This document shows positions 18,793-28,462 of a DNA stretch of 40,291 bases, piece after piece. The notes under the pieces were generated by a model that had not been told where the DNA came from, searched no databases, and saw nothing but the letters and a program-made list of their open reading frames with translations. This DNA comes from Clostridiaceae bacterium (lineage in GTDB: Bacteria; Bacillota; Clostridia; CAYPLH01; DUMO01). The stretch spans positions 1 to 40,291 of the forward strand of contig DUMO01000010.1 in assembly GCA_012839865.1 (NCBI GenBank), written 5' to 3'. The position numbers and the translations under genes are program-made. Numbering within the stretch: the stretch's first letter is position 1; each line of letters starts with the position of its first letter.

Positions 18793-20001
18793 ATGGCAGA
18801 AAGAAACATTATGACAAAACACGAAAGAAAATATGACTTGTATAGAAAGCAGTATTGCAGCCGGAAGCTTAAGGACAGCGAAAATATACTGGAAGTAGAG
18901 GACTTGAGGGTATCCTTTGATACCTATGCAGGAGAGGTTAAAGCCGTAAGAGGTGTAACCTTCCATGTGAAAAAGAGTGAAATACTTGCCATCGTTGGAG
19001 AAAGCGGCTGCGGAAAGACTGTCACCTCACAGACATTGATGAAGCTGAACCCAATGCCTCCCGCAAGGATAATAAGTGGAGACATTATAATAGACGGCTG
19101 GGATATAGTAAAAATGCCCGAGCCGGCAATGCAGACCATCAGAGGAAACCTTATTTCCATGGTGTTCCAGGACCCCATGACATACCTCAACCCCACAAAA
19201 ACAGTGGGCAAACAGATTGGGGAGGCGTTGATGGTCCATGGCAAGGCGACCAGGAAAAATGTTTATGAAAAAGTTATTGATATATTGAACCTTGTAAAAA
19301 TGCCGGAGCCGGAAAGAAGGTACAGGCAGTTTCCCCATGAATTTTCCGGTGGAATGCGCCAGAGGGTTATTATTGCGATAGCCCTTGCCTGCTCGCCCAA
19401 AATACTGATTGCGGACGAGCCCACCACGGCGCTGGACGTTACCATACAGGCCCAGATACTGTCTTTGATCAAGGAACTCAGGGAAAAGACGGGAACCGCC
19501 TGCATTCTTATAACCCATGACCTTGGAGTGGTTGCAAACATGGCGGACAGGGTTGCGGTAATGTACGCAGGAAAAATAATTGAAACGGGTACATCGGATG
19601 AAATTTTCTACAACCCGAAGCACCCTTACACTTGGGGGCTTCTGGAATCGAGACCCCGTCCTGACCATAAGAAAACCGAAAGGCTTATGAGTATTGAGGG
19701 GACTCCTCCGGACCTATTTGCTCCGCCGCAATACTGCGCTTTTGCAGACAGGTGCGAGTATGCAATGAAAATTTGCAGGGAAAGGGAACCGGTAAATACT
19801 GCACTTTCCCCAACCCATCAGTGCAGCTGCTGGCTGCTTCATCCTGATGCACCTGGGGTGGAAAGAAGAAGTGGGAGCAGTTTTGCTTTAAAAACTTCCG
19901 ATGCAGGCAGCGTAACTAAACAGGCAAGCAAACCGGAAGCATCCGGTACATCTCAGGAAGAAAGAAGAGGAGCAGGAGGTGTGAATAGTGGAAAGAAATA
20001 A
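18793..20001 (+). CDS. oppD: Oligopeptide ABC transporter ATPase
   Basis: GESGCGKT, FSGGMRQR, ADEPTTALDVTIQAQI, HPYTWGLL, C-terminal CAFADRC. Confidence 0.9.
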   Translation: MAERNIMTKHERKYDLYRKQYCSRKLKDSENILEVEDLRVSFDTYAGEVKAVRGVTFHVKKSEILAIVGESGCGKTVTSQTLMKLNPMPPARIISGDIIIDGWDIVKMPEPAMQTIRGNLISMVFQDPMTYLNPTKTVGKQIGEALMVHGKATRKNVYEKVIDILNLVKMPEPERRYRQFPHEFSGGMRQRVIIAIALACSPKILIADEPTTALDVTIQAQILSLIKELREKTGTACILITHDLGVVANMADRVAVMYAGKIIETGTSDEIFYNPKHPYTWGLLESRPRPDHKKTERLMSIEGTPPDLFAPPQYCAFADRCEYAMKICREREPVNTALSPTHQCSCWLLHPDAPGVERRSGSSFALKTSDAGSVTKQASKPEASGTSQEERRGAGGVNSGKK

Positions 20002-20971
20002 CATTGAAAACAACAACAATAATTTGGTTGAGGTAATAAATTTAAAGAAGTACTTTTCAGTAGGCAAGAAGAAGCTGAAGGCTGTGGATGATGTGTCCCT
20101 GTCCATTAAAAGAGGCGAGACACTGGGCCTTGTGGGAGAAAGCGGCTGCGGAAAGTCAACTCTTGGAAGGACCATTGTAAGGATTTATGAGCCTGACGGG
20201 GGCAAAATATTTTATGATGGCAAGGATATTACCAGGATTAAAACCAGAAAGGAACACCTTGACTTTTGTAAAAAGGCCCAGATTATTTTTCAGGACCCGT
20301 ATGCATCCCTTGATCCTTACATGACAGTGGGACAAATTATCAGCGAGGGTTTTGAAATTCACAATATGTACAAGGAAAACGGTGCAAGAAAGGAAAAGGT
20401 GCATGAGCTTTTGAGGCTTGTAGGGCTGAATGACGAGCACAGCAACAGGTTTCCCCATGAATTTTCGGGAGGCCAGAGGCAAAGAATTTCAATTGCCCGG
20501 GCTCTTGCAATAAATCCTGAATTCATAGTCTGTGACGAGCCTATATCCGCCCTGGATGTATCGATACAGTCGCAGATTATAAATTTGATGAATGAGCTGA
20601 AAGAAAAAATGCGCCTTGCGTATTTGTTTATATCCCATGACCTTAATGCGGTAAGGTATGTTTCGGACAGGATTGCGGTTATGTATCTTGGGTCTCTCAT
20701 GGAAGTTGCCGAAAGCGATACACTGTACAACCAGCCAAGGCATCCATATACCCAGGCCCTTATGTCGGCGGTGCCCGTACCGGATCCGAAAAAGGAAAGG
20801 GAAAAGGAGAGAATTTTACTTGAGGGAGATGTTCCTTCTCCGATTGATGTACCGCCCGGATGTCCCTTTTCAACAAGGTGTCCTTATGCGGAAGCCATAT
20901 GCTTGAAGGAAAAGCCTGAATTGAGGGATTTGGGAGACGGGCATCATATAGCATGCCATATGGCAGGATGA
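19988..20971 (+). CDS. oppF: Oligopeptide ABC transporter ATPase
   Basis: GESGCGKS, FSGGQRQR, CDEPISALDVSIQ, HPYTQAL, CPFSTRC, IACH. Confidence 0.9.
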   Translation: MERNNIENNNNNLVEVINLKKYFSVGKKKLKAVDDVSLSIKRGETLGLVGESGCGKSTLGRTIVRIYEPDGGKIFYDGKDITRIKTRKEHLDFCKKAQIIFQDPYASLDPYMTVGQIISEGFEIHNMYKENGARKEKVHELLRLVGLNDEHSNRFPHEFSGGQRQRISIARALAINPEFIVCDEPISALDVSIQSQIINLMNELKEKMRLAYLFISHDLNAVRYVSDRIAVMYLGSLMEVAESDTLYNQPRHPYTQALMSAVPVPDPKKEREKERILLEGDVPSPIDVPPGCPFSTRCPYAEAICLKEKPELRDLGDGHHIACHMAG

Positions 20972-20973
20972 CA

Positions 20974-21002
20974 GGGACCAGGGGGACGGTTCTCCTGGTT
21001 CC
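20974..21002 (+). repeat. REP-like hairpin
   Basis: GGGACCAGGGGGACGGTTCTCCTGGTTCC, 2 nt after the oppF stop. Confidence 0.75.
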
Positions 21003-21169
21003 TTTTTTGGTGTCCTGTGGAAACCAAACCACCACCACATTTTAGCAAAATGGTATTCCTGAATAATAAACTGCATCAATTACAAAAAATAAATGCAGCA
21101 CTATGAAACACTTGATGTAGTTATTATTTGGCAATAAATATCTAATCAACAAAAGGGGTTGACAAAGAA

Positions 21170-22840
21170 ATGAAAAATGCAAGACTACTAGCGCTTATGC
21201 TGGTTGTAATAATTTCAGCAACCGGCATTTTAGCGGGATGTGGCCGGAATGCCAACACCAGGAGGGCGGATTTTTCCTTTAACCTGGGTTCCGAGCCGCC
21301 GCAGCTTAACACCACACTTTTAACAGATACTGTGTCTATGACGGTTATCCGGCATGTCATGGAGGGTCTGGTGCGTCTTGACCAGAACAACAAGCCTGTA
21401 CCCGGTATTGCTGAGAGGTGGGAGATTTCTCCTGATGGGAAAAAGATAACTTTTTACCTTCGCAAAAACGCAAGGTGGAGCAACAGCGCGCCTTTGAACA
21501 AAGACGGTACGGAGCCCGCGGAGGGAGTAAACCCTGTTACGGCCCACGACTTTGTGTTTGCCTGGAAACTTCTTCTTGATCCCGAAAATGCTGCGCCTTA
21601 CTCATACATTGCATATTTTATTAAAGGTGCGGAGGAGTTTAACCTGGGCCAGGGTTCATGGGAAGATGTAGGAGTTAAAGCCCTTGATGACTATACTCTT
21701 GAGGTTACGCTGGACAAACCTGCACCGTTCTTTGTAGATCTTATGGCATTTGCAGTATTCATGCCTATTGATGAAGAGTTCTACAAAGGTCTTGATTATG
21801 AAAACCAGGTTGGCGACAAGTATGGAATCGATGCCAATAAACTGATTTATAACGGTCCGTATGTAATAAAGGAATGGCAGCATGAAGACCATATTCTTCT
21901 TGAAAAGAATGAGCACTATTACAACAAGAATGAGCTAAACTTAAACTCCATATATATGGGTATGGTTTCCGATTCCAATACGGCATACAACATGTACGCA
22001 AACGGTGACTTTGACATGATTGGACTAAAGGGAGAACGTGTTCCCCAGGCCAAACAGGATGGGTATAAAGTGTACTCATACAATGACGGAGCAATATTCT
22101 ATCTTGAATTTAACACAGCTCATCCGGTGCTTGCCAATAAAAACATCCGGAAAGCCTTTTCTTATGCAGTTAACCGTCAATCCTTCGTAAAGAACGTTCT
22201 GAAGGATAACTCAAAGCCGGCACTGGCCTTCACATCACCTGAAATAAAGGGTTATAGCAAGCCTTCATTCCACGACGAAGTGGGAGATATAATTTCAGAT
22301 GCCGATGTGTCAAAGGCAAAGGAATTCTTAAAAAAGGGCATGGAAGAACTTGGTATAACCCAACTTCCCAGCTTCTCAATTCTCACGGATGAGAGCGATA
22401 CAGCCAAGGAAACCGCTGAGGCATACCAGGCTTACCTAAAAGAGATAGGCGTTGACCTTGTTATTGAGCAAATGCCCTTCAAGTCACGCCTTGAGCGTAT
22501 GGAGAAAAAAGACTTTGCAATAGTATCGGCAGGCTGGGGTCCGGACTACAATGATCCATTGACATTCCTGGATCTTTTCACAACCGGAAACGGAAACAAC
22601 CATACATCCTACTCGAATCCTGACATGGATGCCCTTGTTAACCAGGTCAGGTCGGAAGCCGACCCTGCAAAGCGAAATCAGCTGTATATTCAGATTGAGA
22701 ACCTGCTCATGGATGACATGCCGATAGTGCCGGTATACTTCCGTGTACGTGATTATACCGTCAAGGACAATTTTACAGGCGTTGTCCGCAATGCATTCCA
22801 GGACATCAACCTTTACTGGGTAAAAAAGGTTGGAAAATAG
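21170..22840 (+). CDS. oppA: Oligopeptide-binding lipoprotein
   Basis: Lipobox ILAGC, EGLVRLD, AERWEIS, PVTAHDF, NGPY, GWGPDYNDP. Confidence 0.9.
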   Translation: MKNARLLALMLVVIISATGILAGCGRNANTRRADFSFNLGSEPPQLNTTLLTDTVSMTVIRHVMEGLVRLDQNNKPVPGIAERWEISPDGKKITFYLRKNARWSNSAPLNKDGTEPAEGVNPVTAHDFVFAWKLLLDPENAAPYSYIAYFIKGAEEFNLGQGSWEDVGVKALDDYTLEVTLDKPAPFFVDLMAFAVFMPIDEEFYKGLDYENQVGDKYGIDANKLIYNGPYVIKEWQHEDHILLEKNEHYYNKNELNLNSIYMGMVSDSNTAYNMYANGDFDMIGLKGERVPQAKQDGYKVYSYNDGAIFYLEFNTAHPVLANKNIRKAFSYAVNRQSFVKNVLKDNSKPALAFTSPEIKGYSKPSFHDEVGDIISDADVSKAKEFLKKGMEELGITQLPSFSILTDESDTAKETAEAYQAYLKEIGVDLVIEQMPFKSRLERMEKKDFAIVSAGWGPDYNDPLTFLDLFTTGNGNNHTSYSNPDMDALVNQVRSEADPAKRNQLYIQIENLLMDDMPIVPVYFRVRDYTVKDNFTGVVRNAFQDINLYWVKKVGK

Positions 22841-22895
22841 CAGCCAATGAAATGAGAGCATATGGCGCAATAAAAAGTCAAAACAAAAAGGCATG

Positions 22896-22955
22896 TAAGA
22901 CAGGGGACGGTTCCATGTCTTAAGCGGGAACCAGAGGGACGGTTCTTCTGGTCCC
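22896..22955 (+). repeat. Two tandem REP-like hairpins
   Basis: TAAGACAGGGGACGGTTCCATGTCTTA (22896-22922) and GGGAACCAGAGGGACGGTTCTTCTGGTCCC (22926-22955). Confidence 0.75.
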
Positions 22956-22963
22956 TTCGTTAA

Positions 22964-23170
22964 AAGCGAAATGTGTTCAGAAATAACAGGCTCTTATTTT
23001 GAGAAAACCGACGGTTCGCTGAAGGCAAAAATGCTATCGCTTTTTACTCGCCATCCGTGGCTCGAAAAAGCTAAAAAAACATCCTGTTTTTTTCACGCAT
23101 TTTAGCCTTCATCTCACCTGGTTTTCCAACAAAATAAAGCCAATTGTTATTTTCTGCACACATTTCGCTT
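22964..23170. repeat. 207-bp palindromic MITE-like element, copy 2
   Basis: Core nearly identical to 12039-12243; outer arms AAGCGAAATGTGT/ACACATTTCGCTT. Confidence 0.85.
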
Positions 23171-23185
23171 ATACAAACTTACCTA

Positions 23186-23211
23186 TAAGGCACGGAACCG
23201 CCCCTGACTTA
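23186..23211 (-). repeat. REP-like hairpin, inverted
   Basis: TAAGGCACGGAACCGCCCCTGACTTA, near reverse complement of 22896-22922. Confidence 0.65.
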
Positions 23212-23308
23212 CGAAGGGACCAGTAAGCACATAAGATATGGAAACCATCCTCTTATCTTACCAGAACATTTTGCTTATACCAGCTTATTCGCATTATCGA
23301 CTCCGGAA

Positions 23309-23531
23309 GGGACCACAGGAACAACCATGAAAGAGAGCTTTCACAGCAAAATACATGAAAGTATTTTAACTTCCACAAGAACATCCATGACATTTGCCTG
23401 ACACAGATGCATTCATGAAAATAATCCGCAGAGAAGCAATCTGTTTTCACAGGAACAACCATGAAAGAGAGCTTTCACAGCAAAATATATGAAAGTATTT
23501 CAACTTTCACATTAACCGTCCCCCTGGTCCC
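23309..23531. repeat. 63-bp direct repeat (period 134) nested in a split REP-like unit
   Basis: CACAGGAACAACCATGAAAGAGAGCTTTCACAGCAAAATAYATGAAAGTATTT at 23314 and 23448; bounded by GGGACCACAGGAAC and AACCGTCCCCCTGGTCCC. Confidence 0.7.
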
Positions 23532-23843
23532 GCGACGCCTGTATTACCAGAAAAACATTGGACAGTTTGCTAAAAGTTTATTAAAATATTATGTGGACTA
23601 ATTTTGGTGCAAAAACAACTATTTTCATATACAGCAATTGGTTACCGGAGCATTTTATTGCTCCAGTGTATATTGTCCGGAAAGTTGGCACAATTTATTT
23701 TTGGGCAATTGTTGCATTAAGGTTTGGCTTTCAGGTCTTTCCGGACGGTATATTTCCTGAGGCCTGCCTGCAGCATTAACTATAAAATTTGGCTTGCAGC
23801 TATGACTACAGCAAGTAATGTTTGAAAAGAGGTAAATTGATTT

Positions 23844-26474
23844 ATGGCAGAAGGTTATGAATTCAAAGAGCAGAAAATTATACCGGTTGATATTGAAACC
23901 GAAGTCAAAAGATCATGGATAGATTATGCAATGAGCGTTATAGTCGACCGTGCGCTTCCCGATGTGAGGGACGGTTTGAAGCCGGTACATAGAAGAATTC
24001 TGTATGCAATGTATGGCATGAGGTTCACTCCGGACAAGCCCCACAGAAAGTGCGCCACCACCGTCGGTGAAGTTCTTGGTAAGTATCATCCCCATGGAGA
24101 CGCTGCCGTTTATGACAGCCTTGTTCGTATGGCTCAAAACTGGTCTTTAAGGCATCCTTTGATTGACGGCCATGGGAACTTTGGCTCAATTGACGGGGAC
24201 TCGCCTGCCGCCTACAGGTATACTGAAGCGCGTCTTACAAAGATAGCCATGGAGATGCTGAGGGACATAGAAAAGGACACGGTTGATTTTCGGCCAAACT
24301 TTGACGACCGTGAAATGGAGCCTTCTGTTTTGCCTTCCCGTTTTCCGAACCTTCTTGTAAACGGTTCTTCAGGTATAGCTGTTGCCATGGCAACCAACAT
24401 ACCTCCTCATAATCTGGGGGAAGTAATAGATGGAATTGTGCAAGTCATTGATAAACCTGAAACTACAATAGATGAATTGATGGGAATAATCAAAGGGCCG
24501 GATTTCCCCACGGCAGGAATTATTATCGGCCGCAAGGGGATAAGGGACACCTACAGGGAAGGAAAAGGCTGCATTATAATGCGGGCAAGGACTTCCATTG
24601 TGGAAAAAGGCAACCGCCAGAGAATTGTTGTCAGTGAACTACCGTACCAGGTAAATAAGGCAAGGCTCATTGAAAAAATTGCTTCTCTGGTTAAAGAAAA
24701 GAGAATTGAAGGAATAGCTGATATAAATGATGAATCGGACAGAAACGACCCGGTAAGGATAGTAATCGACTTAAAGAAGGATGTAAATGCCAATATAGTT
24801 TTGAACCAGCTTTTCAAGTATACACAGATGCAGGATAACTTCAACGCCAACATGCTTGCCCTGGTTCAGACCGAAGACGGAAAATACGAGCCTAAGATAC
24901 TCAATCTGCGGCAGCTTATAGACTATTACCTGGATCATCAGAAGGATGTAATAATTCGCCGCACCAAATTTGAGCTTGAAAAAGCGGAAGCAAGGGCTCA
25001 TATTTTGGAAGGTTACAAGATTGCCCTTGATAATATTGATGAAATTATCAACATCATTAGAAGTTCAAGAACCGAAGCCATCGCAAAGGAAAGGTTAATG
25101 GAAAGGTTCAACCTTAGTGAAAGACAAGCCCAGGCGATTGTTGACTTAAGGTTGGGAAGACTCACCGGTCTTGAACGTGAAAAAATTGAAGAGGAATACA
25201 GGGAGATCCTTGAAAAAATAAACTATTACAAGCAGGTCCTTGCAAGTGAGCATCTGGTGCTGGGCATTATTAAAGATGAACTTCTGGAAATCAAGACAAA
25301 ATATGCTGATGAACGGCGCACAGAGCTGGCTTCCGTCGAGGAAGACATAGATATTGAAGATTTGATAGAGCAGGAAGACGTTGCAATAACCATGACCCAC
25401 TTCGGGTATATCAAGAGGCTTCCCGCCGACACTTACAAGAGCCAGAAAAGAGGCGGAAAAGGAATAACCGGGCTGGTTACCAGGGAAGAGGATTTTGTGG
25501 AGAACCTGTTTATCACAAATACCCATGACCACCTATTATTCTTTACCAACAGGGGTCTTGTATATAAATTAATGGCATACCAGATTCCCGAATCGGGCAG
25601 GCAGGCAAAAGGCATGGCAATAGTCAACCTCCTGGAGCTTAACCCGGGAGAAAAAATAACGGCCGTGATACCAATCAAGGATTTTGAAGAAGGCCTGTTC
25701 CTTGTAATGGCTACACGCCAGGGCTTCATAAAGAAAACGGACCTTATGGAGTATAGCAACATCCGGAAGAAAGGGCTTACTGCAGTAGTCCTTCGCGAAA
25801 ATGATGAGCTGATTGATGTTAAATTGACTGATGGCAATAGCCAGATTATTATGGTTACCCGCAAGGGGATGTCCATAAAATTCAATGAAACAGATGTGCG
25901 TCCCCTGGGACGGGTATCCATGGGTGTGCGGGGCATTGATCTTGCCGATGATGATTATTTGGTAGGCATGGAATCCTGCAAGGATGATGACTATCTTCTT
26001 GTTGTAACCGAGAACGGTTTTGGAAAGAGAACGCTGGTTTCGGAATACAGGCTGCAGTCAAGGGCAGGCAAAGGAATTATTACTTACAAGATTACCGAAA
26101 AGACAGGCCTTGTGGCAGGCATGAAACTGGTGTCCGACGAAGATGACGTAATGCTTATTACCAGCGACGGGGTTATAATCCGTATCAATGTAGACGAGAT
26201 TAGTGTATTGGGTCGGGCTACCCAGGGTGTCACCCTGATGAGAATGGACAGCGATGATGTGAAGGTTGTAAGCGTTGCCCGGGTAGGCAAGGAAGAGGAT
26301 AAAAACGAGGAGCCGGGAACAGAGATAGATGAAGACGGAGAACTTGGCGAGTACGACGACGAAGACGCTGAACCGGACGAATATGACGACAAAGATGCCG
26401 AACCGGACGAATACGACGACGAAGGCGCAGAACAGGAAGCAGATGAAAACGCAGGCGAAGACACGGATTTTTAA
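23844..26474 (+). CDS. gyrA: DNA gyrase subunit A
   Basis: DGLKPVHRR, YHPHGD, catalytic AAYRYTEAR, GyrA-box QKRGGKG, acidic tail. Confidence 0.97.
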   Translation: MAEGYEFKEQKIIPVDIETEVKRSWIDYAMSVIVDRALPDVRDGLKPVHRRILYAMYGMRFTPDKPHRKCATTVGEVLGKYHPHGDAAVYDSLVRMAQNWSLRHPLIDGHGNFGSIDGDSPAAYRYTEARLTKIAMEMLRDIEKDTVDFRPNFDDREMEPSVLPSRFPNLLVNGSSGIAVAMATNIPPHNLGEVIDGIVQVIDKPETTIDELMGIIKGPDFPTAGIIIGRKGIRDTYREGKGCIIMRARTSIVEKGNRQRIVVSELPYQVNKARLIEKIASLVKEKRIEGIADINDESDRNDPVRIVIDLKKDVNANIVLNQLFKYTQMQDNFNANMLALVQTEDGKYEPKILNLRQLIDYYLDHQKDVIIRRTKFELEKAEARAHILEGYKIALDNIDEIINIIRSSRTEAIAKERLMERFNLSERQAQAIVDLRLGRLTGLEREKIEEEYREILEKINYYKQVLASEHLVLGIIKDELLEIKTKYADERRTELASVEEDIDIEDLIEQEDVAITMTHFGYIKRLPADTYKSQKRGGKGITGLVTREEDFVENLFITNTHDHLLFFTNRGLVYKLMAYQIPESGRQAKGMAIVNLLELNPGEKITAVIPIKDFEEGLFLVMATRQGFIKKTDLMEYSNIRKKGLTAVVLRENDELIDVKLTDGNSQIIMVTRKGMSIKFNETDVRPLGRVSMGVRGIDLADDDYLVGMESCKDDDYLLVVTENGFGKRTLVSEYRLQSRAGKGIITYKITEKTGLVAGMKLVSDEDDVMLITSDGVIIRINVDEISVLGRATQGVTLMRMDSDDVKVVSVARVGKEEDKNEEPGTEIDEDGELGEYDDEDAEPDEYDDKDAEPDEYDDEGAEQEADENAGEDTDF

Positions 26475-26535
26475 AGACAAAAGCGGGTCTGATTAACACG
26501 GTAGACCTAAAGGTAAAGAAAAAACGAGGCTGTTA

Positions 26536-28314
26536 ATGTCAGAAAGAAAAACTGGTATAAAAATATTGCCTATACTGCCCCTTATAATTCTCTGTGCGGT
26601 GGTACCCCTTGTAGTTTTTGCAAAGCCGGTACCACTTGCAGGAATTGTTGCCGAGCTATGGGGGAAGGATACAGACTATGATGTTTTTTCATGGTATAAA
26701 TCCCTGCTGATTATAATTTGCGGTGCGGTAATGCTATTAATGTTGGTTTTAAGTGATACCAGAGAAGTTGGTTTCAAATTATCCAGGCCAGTGCATTGGT
26801 ATTTTGCACCGCTTTTCGTTTATCTTTTGTGTACGATTCTATCTGCCACCTTTTCAGATTATCTGTCCCTTGCCCTGTGGGGATTTCCCGAGCGGTATGA
26901 GGGAACAATGGTAATTTCGGCCTATATTATAACGGTTTTTTATACCTTCTTTTTTATAAATAATGGCAGGCAAATTAAAACCATAATAATTTCACTGGCA
27001 ATATCATCCGTATTGGTATCTATCCCCGGAATATTTCAATATTTTGATATGGACTATTTCCAATGGGATGCTTTTAGAAATATAATTCTGTCCCCTGCAA
27101 AGGATATAATCCCAAAAGTGCTATATGAGTGGAATGCAGTATATTCCACCCTCTATAATCCAAATTATACAGGAAGCTATATGGCAATGCTTCTTCCCAT
27201 GTCTGTGGCGTTTTACATAACTTCAAAAGGCAGAATAAAAAAGCTGCTCTTTGGGCTCCTTTGCTGCATATTATTTGCATGCCAGATAGGAAGCCGCTCA
27301 AGGGCCGGATTTTTGGGTTTATTGTTTGCAGGCGTCATTCTCTTGGTTTTATTGAGAAGAACACTCCTGAAAAATCTGGGTTATATTGCTGCATTGGCGG
27401 CAGCCTTCGGATTGATATTTATTGGAATGAACAGCTACAAAAAGGGAGCGCTATCAAGCCAGTATGAAAGAATCGGGACGGAGTTACAGGCGGTTGTAAC
27501 CGCACCGCAGGTCAAGACCCCTGTCAGAGACATCGTCATGGACAAAAACACAATAACCGTGGTCTGCGATACAAATCCCGTCAGTATAGCATTTGAGGAC
27601 AACCGGCTTGTTTTTGCCGATGACTCGGGCAATAAACTTGAAACGGTATACACTAAAACCGATGCAGGGATGAAAATTACCTTTGCCAACGAAAAATATG
27701 ACGACTATGAATTTGTTTACAATCCGCAAACCGTGACATTGAGCATGAGCAAGGCGGACAAGCTTTTTGAATTCGTAGTTTCGGGCAATGAGTTTTTGTT
27801 TGTCGACAACAAAGGCCGGCTTACAAAAATTTCACCTGTCAGGAAACTGGATTTAAAAGGCAGGGAGTATATAGTAAAAGGTAGAATATACATCTGGACA
27901 AGGACAATTCCAATTTTGCTGGATTCGGTTTTTTTAGGGCAGGGGGCTGATACATACCCGGTTTATTTTCCGCAGGATGATTACATAGGAAAGCTGAACG
28001 GCATCGGAGACATGTGGATTTTAATAGACAAACCCCACAACCTTTATCTCCAGGTCGGAACTTCAAGCGGAATCATTGCAATGATTGCATTTTTACTTCT
28101 TTTTAGTGTTTATTTCATACATAGTATTAAACTGTACATTAATAATAAGCAATTTGATTTTAACATTTCTGCAGGCATTGCCTTTTTTGCTGCATTTTGC
28201 GGATATGCCGTAGCAGCCTTTTTCAATGACAGTGTGGTATCGGTGGCGCCTGTTTTCTGGGTGCTTCTGGGACTGGGAATAGCGCTGAATACCAGGCAAG
28301 TAAGCCTTGATTAG
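26536..28314 (+). CDS. O-antigen ligase (Wzy_C-like) family membrane protein
   Basis: Many TM segments; STLYNPNYTG, SRSRAG, RIYIW, LGQG and DKPHNLYLQ motifs typical of O-antigen ligases / O-oligosaccharyltransferases. Confidence 0.7.
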   Translation: MSERKTGIKILPILPLIILCAVVPLVVFAKPVPLAGIVAELWGKDTDYDVFSWYKSLLIIICGAVMLLMLVLSDTREVGFKLSRPVHWYFAPLFVYLLCTILSATFSDYLSLALWGFPERYEGTMVISAYIITVFYTFFFINNGRQIKTIIISLAISSVLVSIPGIFQYFDMDYFQWDAFRNIILSPAKDIIPKVLYEWNAVYSTLYNPNYTGSYMAMLLPMSVAFYITSKGRIKKLLFGLLCCILFACQIGSRSRAGFLGLLFAGVILLVLLRRTLLKNLGYIAALAAAFGLIFIGMNSYKKGALSSQYERIGTELQAVVTAPQVKTPVRDIVMDKNTITVVCDTNPVSIAFEDNRLVFADDSGNKLETVYTKTDAGMKITFANEKYDDYEFVYNPQTVTLSMSKADKLFEFVVSGNEFLFVDNKGRLTKISPVRKLDLKGREYIVKGRIYIWTRTIPILLDSVFLGQGADTYPVYFPQDDYIGKLNGIGDMWILIDKPHNLYLQVGTSSGIIAMIAFLLLFSVYFIHSIKLYINNKQFDFNISAGIAFFAAFCGYAVAAFFNDSVVSVAPVFWVLLGLGIALNTRQVSLD

Positions 28315-28341
28315 GGCAGGTTGCCATCTGCCTCAATTGTT

Positions 28342-28422
28342 AGAACCACAGTAACCGTCCCCCTGGTTCTCCATGGTCACTACCTGGCCGCCGGGAACCA
28401 CAGTAACCCTCCCCCTGGTCCC
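28342..28422 (-). repeat. Two REP-like hairpins, inverted
   Basis: AGAACCACAGTAACCGTCCCCCTGGTTCT (28342-28370) and GGGAACCACAGTAACCCTCCCCCTGGTCCC (28393-28422). Confidence 0.75.
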
Positions 28423-28462
28423 TTCCGAAAGCAGAGGAAGACGAGTGAGAAGACACGGATTT

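Noticed and set aside
19027..19668. 213-aa minus-strand ORF and the many other antisense ORFs over opp, mnmE, mnmG, rsmG, gyrA and nad genes
   Set aside because: Shadow frames of well-supported genes on the opposite strand.
23309..23531. CRISPR array or Cys/His-rich peptide gene (ORF 23253-23462)
   Set aside because: Repeats are irregular and degenerate, the intervening segments themselves repeat, and other frames are closed by stops.
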